Assembly (NCBI GenBank): GCA_033442325.1
Contig: JAWQFM010000025.1
Coordinates: 193,024-257,023, forward strand
Source of the DNA: Salpingoeca rosetta
Taxonomy: Eukaryota > Protista > Choanoflagellata
Direction: 5' to 3'
DNA: 64,000 bases
A program made the translations under genes and the position numbers. How positions within the stretch are numbered: position 1 is the stretch's first letter; every line of letters starts with the position of its first letter. Under the pieces are notes generated by a model. The model had not been told where the DNA came from and ran no database searches. It worked only from the letters and a program-made list of their open reading frames with translations. This document shows positions 18,553 through 28,519 of the stretch, piece after piece.

Positions 18553-20271
18553 CTTAGTGTCTGAGTGTCAGTTCGATTTTTTTTGTCNNNNNNNNNNNNN
18601 NNNNNNNNNNNNNNNNNNNNNNNNNNNNNNNNNNNNNNNNNNNNNNNNNNNNNNNNNNNNNNNNNNNNNNNNNNNNNNNNNNNNNNNTCATACAAGCTGA
18701 GCTCAGCTTCGTCGGCATGTGGGTCCTGATTGATGTTGTAAGGTCAGGCCTGCTGGGCGAAATCGAAGAGGACCAGGAAGAGTTGGAGGCACTGGAAGAA
18801 AAAGCTGCGCGACGAGCGTGGCGAGATGCCAACACAGGGACTGTTGGACGCCGTGAGGGCTGAGGAACGGCAATCGCGTCGACAGCAGGGCAACGTTTCC
18901 AGCCGATCGGTTGCTGCTGGCTTCTTGGACACGCTTGCCCGCCGCGCGTTGAAGGGTGTGTGTGAAAGTTGGGGGGGGGGTTGAGGTGGTGGATGAGACA
19001 GGATACTCAGATGGACAGGTGGATCAGACGCATGAAACGGGGCATATTGAGAGCACAAGAGAGACATGCAGATGCAGACATACGACAACACATACACACA
19101 CACACGCACACACGCAAAAGCATATATACAAACACACACACACACACGTATCCACACACACACACACGTACCGTTGCGAGCTTGTGCATGTTTTCTGGGG
19201 AGAAAGCCTTGATGAAGCGGAGGACCTTTGGCATCTCCTCCTTCTCCAGCGACACCATCAGGTACTTGAACCGCTGCAGCACTTCGTTGAGCGCCTACAT
19301 GTGTGTGTAAGTGTGTTGGAAGAAAAAGGCCGTGTGGCAAAGGAAAGAGAGGTGGCAGCAAGTGACGGCGCATGTTGAGCAAGAAATAAAGAGTACACAC
19401 TTGCACTCACACGCACGCACCATCACACACACACACACCATCACACGCACACACACACACACGCATACGCATCATCCACGCATACGTATCAACCACGCAC
19501 GCACCGTAAAGTACTCCTTGATTTGCTCGTCGCTGCCGTCCGTCTTGAAGACGCAGAACTCTGCCTCGCCCTTCTCGCACTCAATCACGGAGCCGCCAGG
19601 TGCTGGGGTGGTGTGGTTGGGCGTGGTGGCAACATGAGGGATGATGAGAAACAAGGGGGGATCGAGAAGTGCTGATCACCACTCAAATGGGATCCGCGAA
19701 CGAACGACACAAAGGACGCAATCCACATGTACACGCACATACAAAGAGCAATACAGCGACGACGACACACCCGCACACTCGCACATACACACACGCACAC
19801 ACACGCAGCACAACACACGCAGCACAACACACGCTAACATGCACACACACACCGAGGATGCCGCCGGCAATGAAGATGTCGAAGAACTGTTCTGCATAGC
19901 GGCGGTAGTCCATGGAGTCGCCCTGGGCAACGAGGTAGTTCTTGACCTGGCGACAATTCAAGGGAAACAACAAACGCGTCAGTTGTGCCTGCGGCGTGTA
20001 TTGAAGTCTGTGGGTGTCCGCCACGTGAGTTGATGTACCACGTGCTCAACTAACTGAACGCACCTCCTCGATGTTGCTGCAGGAGTTGATGCCGCTCACG
20101 AGCTCGTCGCGGAACGTGTTGGGATCAAACTTGACTTTCTCATCTGTAACCGGCAAAGAAACCACGTCACGTGAGCGACAGACACGTGAGAGCACATGCA
20201 CGAGTTTGCATGTGCATGACGGTGAATGTTGGGGAGCGTGCGTGGGTGTGCGAGTGCGTCTCGTTCGGCCC

Positions 20272-20366
<95 letters not shown>

Positions 20367-20414
20367 GCGTGACGCACCGCGCTTCCTTGAGCGGATGGCT
20401 CCTTGAACGCTCAT
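16184..20414 (-). CDS. BZW: BZW/eIF5-mimic protein (5MP), multi-exon; part of the W2 domain probably in gap 16401-16582
   Basis: Exons read MSVQGAIRSRKR|DEKVKFDPNTFRDELVSG, DYRRYAEQFFDIFIAGGIL|APGG, LQRFKYLMVSLEKEEMPKVLRFIKAF, VFSAVFSSVSWNKKFDLMTEQALKQI, AQVILLLRLQ|NYCVDSNQALMKIFDKMVLLMYK. A putative terminal mini-exon EE* ends at 16184 (end uncertain). Confidence 0.9.
17520..17590 (+). repeat. ~22-bp intronic minisatellite (catacaaacacacactcaagtt) x3
   Basis: Direct reading. Confidence 0.7.
18551..18954. mobile_element. Foreign, complex-sequence insert in a BZW intron, embedded in (GT)n and spanning a 100-N gap (possible TE remnant)
   Basis: The flanking BZW exons (..HKLAT / FVALLNSS..) join directly, so this segment is not needed for BZW. 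It is non-microsatellite, flanked by GT repeats on both sides and interrupted by a placeholder gap. Confidence 0.35.
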
Positions 20415-20669
20415 GGTTGGTTTGGTTGTTGGCGTGGGTGTGCAGCTGTGGTGACTGTGTGAATGAAGGCGAACTCGTGTGTGGTTGTTGGCTGTTGGCG
20501 CAGGTGCAGGAAAAAGAAAGAGCAAAAAAAAAAGGCACAAGACGCAGAAAACTGCTGACTCAGGTGGTGCTGGAGAAATTTGGTGGAAATCTTCAGCGAT
20601 GTTGCGGTTCGGAATTCGAGGGAGCAGGTAGGAGTTGTGGAGGAGCGGAATCGAGCGTGGATTTGTGTG

Positions 20670-20829
<160 letters not shown>

Positions 20830-21170
20830 TGCAAGGTCCGCTATTCAAACTTTCAACTGCAACTTTTAGCGTCATGTCAAGGAATTAAGACTGAAACAAC
20901 ACAAGAAGGCGAGATGATACGTCAAGAGGTCAAGAGCAACCTAAAACTGAAAAAGTTCTGAAAGTAGGCAGAAGAGACCTTGCTCAAAGGTGGGTTTGGT
21001 GACGAAACAGAATGGATTACAAGAGGGACAAGGAGACAAGTGACAAAGAGACCTCTTTCAACAGAGCCAACACTAATTAAGTAATTAGACAACAAGCAAT
21101 CAAACATGGTACGTAACCCTGTCACACGACCATATCGCCAGAGTTTTGCCGCAATGCTTCGGTCACAAGG

Positions 21171-24100
21171 TCAAAGGATGTCTTCATCAACAGCTTCTGT
21201 CCGGCCGCTCCCACAAGCTTTCCAAGTCGAGCTTACTTGATTTGGAATCGGCGTCGTTGAGTGTTGAGCGATCCAATTCCGAACATCCACGAGGTCCCAA
21301 ACGTCGGCAGCTCGCAGATCTCGTGCTAATTCCTCCTGAGGCTGCTGCACAGTGAAGCATGTGGGCACGAGAGTTACGCGCTCTGTATCGAAGGGAATAT
21401 TGGCACGTGCAAGCAGATCTTGGACCTTGTCCTTGGAATCTTGAAGACTGGCGATAAAGTCGGCCTGCGAGCTATGCTCACCCCTCCACTGATCTGCTCG
21501 ATGCAGACATATGAGAACCGGCACAGAGGACTGAAGCAATGCAGCCCGAAGAACGTCGACCGTTGCATTTGCTCGAACCTTCGTCCCTTCTACAATCAGA
21601 ATCAGCAGGTCCACTGCAGCAATGCCATCTTGAAAGACGTGGCTCACGACTGAGCCTGTGTCGTCAATGCCAGGAAAGTCAAGAAGAACAATGTCACCCT
21701 CCACATGGGTTGATAGGGATGAATTTCTGTGATGATCGTGTGGCCCCGGATTGGTGTTCGCAGAAAAGATCTGTTTGAGCATGTAAGACTTTCCCAGGTT
21801 CATTGCGCCAGCAGCGCCAATGTGAAGCCTTCCAGACAGCCCAAGCCGCAGCTCATGGATCATGCAATGGGCGCGGATCAGGTCCCAGCTTTCAATGGCG
21901 GTGTTCTTCTGCAAGTTGGACTTCAGGATGCGATGATCCCCTTTTTTGAGGGCTGATGGCAACTGAGCAAAGCTTTTGGACAAGAGCTCGCGCTTCTGAA
22001 GGCCGGAAATGGCGGCAGCTGTCTCAACACGAAGTGTCAAAAGGTGTTCGAGGCCAAGCAGATCGACGCACAATCCTTCATCTGAGATGGGCTGGCCTTG
22101 TGTGTCTTTGAGCCCAGCCATCAAATGAGCGACTTCCCGAAGAGACGACACGGTGAACTGAGTCATAAACCATCTCCACACATCCCTCGACACGAAAAAC
22201 AGGCTCGCGTGGACTTTGTTCCACCAATTGAGGGTTGTGCTTGCATATAGCTCTGAGAACGCATCTTGAACTTGAGCAGTTGTACGTTGCAGGTCATCCT
22301 GCTTGTGTATCTTCAGGTTGGTGCTCCACACGTCAAGAGATCGTCGTTCGAGTGACGCAGAAACAATTGCGAGGGCAGTTTGCGCACGCAGTAAGATTGA
22401 CGCCACCGCAGCTGGGCCGCGCTGCCTCAATGAGTCTGCCATTTCCGATGGCATGAACTCGGAGCCGTCAGGGAAGAGATTGACTGTTGGCGCACCCACA
22501 CGCACGCTTGAACTTTTACCTCGAGGCCCTCGTTCGATGACGTTGAGCGACGCGTCCTCCTTTTCCGCAAACTTGTACAACCTTGTCAACACGGTTTTCT
22601 CCCATGGAGTGAACGAGGTCTTGTTGAGGGTGCGTCTTGTTTCAGCGCAAGTCATGGCAGTCTCCAGCAAGTCAACAAACGCCACAGCAACTTCATTTCG
22701 TCTTTCTGTACACTCTTTTGCAGATCTACAGCGACGAACACCGTTTTCAAGAAAAGGACGCGACACTTCGGGAAGGTCAAGAAAAGGGGCGAGCTGCGCT
22801 GTTTCAAAAATGCAGTCCAACGTGGAAACCGTATGCTTGACGGCGTGAGTATGCTGCGCATCAAGATGAGCGGCATTTTTTCGGTGATGACACGACAAGA
22901 TGAGGAGTGCGCGGACCAACGCAGCGTGGACAACTTCAGAACTCGTCAGTCTGTCAAACATAGGGTGCAGGCATTTGTTGCCTTCGCTCAATCTGTGATC
23001 TCTGATGTCTTGACGGCGAATGGTCACAATACATTCCTCATCCAAGACTGTCATGAGTGAAAATGCATACTCTTCCATGGCAGGCTCCAGAACAACTGAA
23101 GGAAACTCAAAGCGTGCACTGCTGATGCCACTGAGAAAAGCCACCTGAGCTTGGGCTGGCTTAGAAGTGCCGTCTGTTGTTCTTGTTGGCCTCATTTCAC
23201 GTGCCATGAACAGTTTCTTTCCCTGTAGCTCAACTACAAGGCGAGTAGTTGAGTGGACGGCCAGATGAACGCGAATGTCTCTTGGGCAAAGAAAAGCTCC
23301 CTGGAACGGAAAATCGGGTGCGTGTTGGGGCTGGCATGAGACAGTTGGTTGCAACTTCAAACGCACTGCATACGTGCCCAAACTGTGGGCTGCCAGGAGT
23401 TGGCTGTGTGAAGGAAAGCCTCCTGAATCTGTACGATTTAGTTCTGGTGGTATCATTTCCTCGTCATAGAAATGGGGAGTGCCGTCAACGTCATCTTCCT
23501 CGCGAAAGGACACGGGTGTGGGTAATATACAAACTACTGTGCGTGCCCTGAGTTTGTAGACGCTCCCAAACGGATAGTATTTCACACGAAATACTCGATG
23601 ACCTATTTCACGCGCGCCGGCTTGCAGCACGCTTGATGTCACTCGGAGTGCAGCAGCGGCAAGTTTGGCCGGAAGTGGGCCGTGGTCTGCAAGAGTCGCA
23701 ACAACCTGCAGTACAGATGTGCCTTTGGCAAGCTCCTTCAACAATTCTGCAAACTTATGCGCTGCGGAACTCAGGCCGTCAGCAATGCGTTGTTGGTAGA
23801 GCGTCATGACAAGTGGGACTATGTCCCCGTCATTGACAATGTGAAAGAAGATATCTCCCCAGCGAGCTTTGATGCACTTTGCAATTTGCTCATCGCCGAC
23901 GAGAGGTGATGCAAATGTGACGCATCTGAGATTGGACACCAATTTGTCTCGTGACACGTGAACGAGGTCTTCCAGCAACAATATGCAAAGCGTTTGGGCC
24001 ACGGCTCCTCCTTTGGAGTGGCCCGTCACCACAACCTTTTTATTCTCGTTTAGCACCTGCTGAACGATTTCCCGTGGGAACTCTTCGGCGCAAGAGAGAA

Positions 24101-24473
24101 AGCCTGAGTGTACCTTGCCCAAGGACTTATGCGTTTGAGTCAACCGTGCGTTTTTCCACCAATCTGTCGCGTCCGTGGTTCCCTTGAAGCCAATGTAGAA
24201 CACGCTTTCGTCCGCATTTGCGCCGATTATCCACTGTTGATTCAAGCTTTCACTTGTCTGACCACGTTTTACGTGTCGAACCTTGTGTGGAAGACCATTT
24301 AGCTGTCGGAGAGTGTGGAGCGGGTTGTCAGAGTATGCACAGATGCTCATGGCCAAAGCACTATCCACGTCCACGTCGCACTGATCCAGTGGTTTGGGCT
24401 GACTGAGGTGGAGGCCGATTCTTTTGACTGCCTTCTGTCGCTCAGACAGTGGCTGTGACAACAGAGGGCCCAT
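21171..24473 (-). CDS. Intronless Lipase_3 (alpha/beta hydrolase) + C-terminal TRAFAC-type GTPase fusion protein, copy 1 (~1100 aa)
   Basis: Lipase motifs YIGFKGT..DW, KVHSGF, VVTGHSKGGAVA, VTFASPLVGD, NDGDIVP and AAHSL. GTPase motifs G1 GAMNLGKS, G3 DFPG, G4-like HRAD. First in-frame ATG is 24473; the ORF-track start at 24521 is GTG. Confidence 0.85.
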   Translation of the reverse strand: MGPLLSQPLSERQKAVKRIGLHLSQPKPLDQCDVDVDSALAMSICAYSDNPLHTLRQLNGLPHKVRHVKRGQTSESLNQQWIIGANADESVFYIGFKGTTDATDWWKNARLTQTHKSLGKVHSGFLSCAEEFPREIVQQVLNENKKVVVTGHSKGGAVAQTLCILLLEDLVHVSRDKLVSNLRCVTFASPLVGDEQIAKCIKARWGDIFFHIVNDGDIVPLVMTLYQQRIADGLSSAAHKFAELLKELAKGTSVLQVVATLADHGPLPAKLAAAALRVTSSVLQAGAREIGHRVFRVKYYPFGSVYKLRARTVVCILPTPVSFREEDDVDGTPHFYDEEMIPPELNRTDSGGFPSHSQLLAAHSLGTYAVRLKLQPTVSCQPQHAPDFPFQGAFLCPRDIRVHLAVHSTTRLVVELQGKKLFMAREMRPTRTTDGTSKPAQAQVAFLSGISSARFEFPSVVLEPAMEEYAFSLMTVLDEECIVTIRRQDIRDHRLSEGNKCLHPMFDRLTSSEVVHAALVRALLILSCHHRKNAAHLDAQHTHAVKHTVSTLDCIFETAQLAPFLDLPEVSRPFLENGVRRCRSAKECTERRNEVAVAFVDLLETAMTCAETRRTLNKTSFTPWEKTVLTRLYKFAEKEDASLNVIERGPRGKSSSVRVGAPTVNLFPDGSEFMPSEMADSLRQRGPAAVASILLRAQTALAIVSASLERRSLDVWSTNLKIHKQDDLQRTTAQVQDAFSELYASTTLNWWNKVHASLFFVSRDVWRWFMTQFTVSSLREVAHLMAGLKDTQGQPISDEGLCVDLLGLEHLLTLRVETAAAISGLQKRELLSKSFAQLPSALKKGDHRILKSNLQKNTAIESWDLIRAHCMIHELRLGLSGRLHIGAAGAMNLGKSYMLKQIFSANTNPGPHDHHRNSSLSTHVEGDIVLLDFPGIDDTGSVVSHVFQDGIAAVDLLILIVEGTKVRANATVDVLRAALLQSSVPVLICLHRADQWRGEHSSQADFIASLQDSKDKVQDLLARANIPFDTERVTLVPTCFTVQQPQEELARDLRAADVWDLVDVRNWIAQHSTTPIPNQVSSTWKACGSGRTEAVDEDIL

Positions 24474-24955
24474 GGATGGTCTGTTGTGTTGTTGGAAGCC
24501 AAAGTTCGGAGAGGAACTCACTTGAACCGAAATTGGTCAAGACAGAAATGGTCAGAACATCACACACACACACACACAACCACACACACAACCACACACG
24601 CACAACCACACAACACACACACGCACAACCAAGTTTTCACGCTCACGCACACAAGACGAACCCATGCGGGTCACATCAGCACATCTCGGCTAATTTTCTG
24701 TGTTTGACAAACGCTAGCAACCGGCCCGCCCATTCCCTGTTTGGGCGGAAAACCGGACATCGGACACCTGCATGTCCGGGTTGCATGTCCTGTGTGCTTC
24801 GGTTTCCTATTTGAGGTGCTTGTTTCGCCAATTTTCGATGCCTCTGGTGCTTTTCACGTGGAGCTCAAACTCAGGCAATGCTTCGGGTTGAGTTGTGCAT
24901 TTTCTTTTCCTGAACTATCAGCGCGCATCATTGTGTCACTGCAAACTTACGGAGA

Positions 24956-26476
24956 ATGGTGAATGAGCGACTGCTGGAGCAAAATGGGGAAGAACAGGAG
25001 GGCTACTGCCGAACGTGTTGGCGTAACTGCACACGAGCTGTTTTTGCGTTTTGGCCTGCCGCCCTCTCTGTGCTTTCATTCGGAGCCCTAGTGGCAGCGG
25101 CGTACGGTGCATTGACACCGAAAGACTTTGACGTCACGCAACCGACCCGAGGAGGGCGGTATGAGCTGTTCGAAGGCCTCCTTCTGGGAGCAGCCGGAGC
25201 CGCAGCTCTGGCCGTGCTGCTGGTGATCTGCAACAAGGCCAAATTCGACAAGAAACAAAGCACATCCACGCGTCACACACGAGAATCAGACGATCAGGGG
25301 TGTTGTTGTCGTTGTGGGTATGCATGGTTGAAGCCCCTGTGTTGTGACTGTGCATGGTTGCCTTGCAACATTCACGACGACGACGACGACGATGTGGAGT
25401 CCAGTGGCTCAGTCTTTGAAACAGACCCCATGCCAGACGACCCGTTTGAGTACGAAGAAAAGGACAAGGCCACCTTGCTCACCAAAGTGCTTGTGACTGC
25501 GTTTACGTGCGTCAAGGTGAAAACGGGGACACACAACTCCCTTCGGATTGCAAATCGAAAACTCGGACCAAGTGGCAAGTACTTGCTAGTGGGTTGTCTC
25601 GTGTTCATGTTTATGGGCATGGGGTGCGTCGTCGTCTATGAGCTTCAAGACCAAGTGTCGACTGCAGTCTGCTTGGAAGGCTATGACTGTTTCGTCTCGA
25701 ACCCTAACCGAGTTAGTCACAACTCTGAGCCCGTCAACTGCACGGAAGTGCCATTTTTGAAAGCCCCATTCTACTTTGACTGTCGACGCCTGCACCCTTT
25801 TGAATTCAGCCGCGTGAGCTCGGTGCTCGGCTCTGCTTACGGCGCACTGCAGATCATTCTATTCGCGATCAACGCCTTCGTTGGGTTCCTGGACAAACAG
25901 CCACCGAAATCAAGGCGACAGAACGAACAGACAGGGTATTGTGCCCCCATCACGTCGCTTCCATGGAATTTCGATCGCGTGTTTTGGTGGATGCTCGGGG
26001 CGACCGTCGTGGGTTTAGTTTCACCAACAGTATATCTCGCCGTGTCGTTCTCACTGGATTCACTGAACGCCCCTGGGATTGGAACGCTGCTCCAGGTCGT
26101 TTTTATCATGGCAGGTCTTGTCATGCTTCCCCTCGCATTTTGTTGCAGCAGCCACCGAAACAATGTTGCTTTTGTGACCGTCAAGGATGGCGTATTGATG
26201 GAGTACTTTGGCAGGTTGTCAAAGCAGGTTCAGGAGCAACAGTCACTCCACCCAGAGCGAGAAGAAGTGCCTGGCAAGCTGGACAGTCGCCCCCCAACCA
26301 CCAAATTTGGTGGTCCCAAAGCCACAGAACAGTCTGTCCAACGCATGGCTTCACACGGCAATGACCCGACAACCGGAGATGATGACACTGCTTCTGCCGT
26401 CACCCCTTTGGAAAAGGGCAAACCCCAAGTCCAGTACGGCACCAGATTAACTTCACATCCCGAGCAAGCTGTGTAA
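24956..26476 (+). CDS. Intronless multi-pass membrane protein (about 6 hydrophobic segments, Cys-containing loop), function unknown
   Basis: 506-aa ORF with hydrophobic stretches (AALSVLSFGALVAAAYG; LLLGAAGAAALAVLLVI; YLLVGCLVFMFMGMGCVVVY; LGSAYGALQIILFAINAFVGF; WWMLGATVVGLV; TLLQVVFIMAGLVMLPLAF) and the loop CLEGYDCF..PVNCT..FDCRRL. Divergent from lipase-GTPase copy 1. Confidence 0.75.
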   Translation: MVNERLLEQNGEEQEGYCRTCWRNCTRAVFAFWPAALSVLSFGALVAAAYGALTPKDFDVTQPTRGGRYELFEGLLLGAAGAAALAVLLVICNKAKFDKKQSTSTRHTRESDDQGCCCRCGYAWLKPLCCDCAWLPCNIHDDDDDDVESSGSVFETDPMPDDPFEYEEKDKATLLTKVLVTAFTCVKVKTGTHNSLRIANRKLGPSGKYLLVGCLVFMFMGMGCVVVYELQDQVSTAVCLEGYDCFVSNPNRVSHNSEPVNCTEVPFLKAPFYFDCRRLHPFEFSRVSSVLGSAYGALQIILFAINAFVGFLDKQPPKSRRQNEQTGYCAPITSLPWNFDRVFWWMLGATVVGLVSPTVYLAVSFSLDSLNAPGIGTLLQVVFIMAGLVMLPLAFCCSSHRNNVAFVTVKDGVLMEYFGRLSKQVQEQQSLHPEREEVPGKLDSRPPTTKFGGPKATEQSVQRMASHGNDPTTGDDDTASAVTPLEKGKPQVQYGTRLTSHPEQAV

Positions 26477-26633
26477 CACGGATATGCTGCTCTTGTGCAA
26501 GCTGGTGTCACGTTGACATGAGATGTGTCAAGTCTGGCAACGTGCCACCTTTCATTTTTTTTTTTTGTTTTTGTTTTGGAACCTTGAGTGTTTTCGGGGT
26601 GTTCGATTCTGTTTGGGCGGCACCCCCCCCCCC

Positions 26634-27249
26634 TTAAGCTGTCGGCCTCTCTGAGCAGAGAAATAAACACGTTGCAAGTTCGTACAAACTGTGAAATGAG
26701 GGGGGGGGGGGGTACGCAGTGACTTGTGTGTCATTGCAGACGGGAGGATAGAAGGTGCCGTGTGTGTATGCGTGTGTGCGTATGTATGTGCCGAGCAACA
26801 GATGAAGCAGGCGGTGTGCTGCGCTTCACGACCATTCAATGGGCAGTTGGTGTCTGATATCGGTGAGCCTGTGGGTGTTTGTTGGCGTATGCGCGCGTGA
26901 GAGCGTATGTGAGTGTGCGGCGTGAAGTTGTGGGTGTCATCCAACGAACATACGTTTTCACACAAACACACCCCAAAACAGCACACCACCTCATGAGGAT
27001 GTGTCCTGAGAGGGAGAAGAGGAACCCGCCGCCCTGCTGCAGCGAAAACATTTTCTTGATCTCCTGTCGTCATGTCATCATCGACAGCACGAGGGTGGAG
27101 GGTGGAGGGGGTGAGAGAGAGTTGACGTTGACGTGGACAGAAGTAGGAGAAGGTCAAGAGGCGGTGCACGAGTTCAATTACACATGTGGCGGGCGCGGGC
27201 AGAGAGGAAGTGCGTGCTTGTGGGTATGAGCGTGAGCAAGAAAGGAAAG

Positions 27250-27318
<69 letters not shown>

Positions 27319-28443
27319 CACGCACAACCACAAATCTGACCTTGACGTGTCTCCTGTGCAATCGATCCCATATGCGGCGTGTGGCCGGATCAAGCGGAGG
27401 CGTCACATCGTCCTCTTCATCAACACCAGCACAGCCATCAGCCACACCACCACCACCTTTGTTACCATCTTTCTGCTCTGTCGCAGTGCTTGTCCCACGG
27501 CTGCCACCGTTTATGGCACCTGCCTCTGTCCCAGCATGCGCCTCTCCCTTCTCACCGTCACCACCACCATTACCACCACCACGGCCATTGGTGCTGCGGG
27601 TTTCCCCATTTGGAAGGCTGCGGCGCTGCAGTTTGGCCAATGTGTCCGCGGCCACGTGCGCCGACCGCCGCGGCTGCTCCTTCACCACGACGCTCCGGTC
27701 GCTGCAGCACACGGACGCCGGCACAGCCGTTCGCGGCACCGCAGACTGCGCCTGGAGCAGTTGCAGTGAGGTGGCGGTTGTAGCGGGTGGGAGGCGGTGT
27801 TGTGAATGGGAGGTGGTGAGGTTGTTCTCTCCATTCGCGATTCTGAACATGACACAGGGCCATACACACACACGTACGTACATTGAGTTTCTTTGGAAGT
27901 GTTGATGGGTGGAGGGGGATGAGCTCCACATCTTCAATGCCAAACACCTGCGACGCAGACGGAATCAGGTGAGCGACAGCGTAAGCGCAGTCGCGTTGTG
28001 CAATCCGCTGCAGCCACCAACACACACACACACACACACAACACACACACACACACATACCCACCCAACCCCCCCCCAAACGCACCCCCAACATACACAC
28101 CGTCAAAGGCTGCACGGTCGATGAGGTCCCATTGCCGGGTGATGCGGGAGATGCGCAGGCAGTGCTCGAGGTTTGCACTGGCAAAGATGAGATGCTCCCC
28201 GTTGAGGTACACGTCCAGCCGCTGCGCCCCTCCGTGCGCCAATGGCACTCCTTTCAGGCCCGGCAGCGTGCCACCACCACCAACGCGAGACGTGCGTGCA
28301 CTTGCGTTGTGCGCGGCAGCAAGCACCGCCTCCACCGCAGGCGCCGGTGGCCGTGCCGGTGGCTCACTACCACCGCGACGCTGCTGCTGTTCGTGCATCA
28401 GCTGCTGGTGGTGCTGTTTGTTGTGGTTGTTGGAGGCAGTCAT
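26634..28443 (-). CDS. Hypothetical multi-exon protein (3' end uncertain)
   Basis: ATG 28443. Protein-like exons (RLDVYLNGEHLIFASANLEHCLRISRITRQWDLID; VFGIEDVELIPLHPSTLPKKLN; EEDDVTPPLDPATRRIWDRLHRRHVK; RRVPLLPLRTHPHE) are separated by GT-AG microsatellite introns. No family recognised. Confidence 0.5.
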
Positions 28444-28519
28444 ATCTGGCTACTGTTTGTGGTGTTTGAAAGAAGTGACACATCATGGCAAATTTTCTAC
28501 AATTGGTGCCACCAACAAC

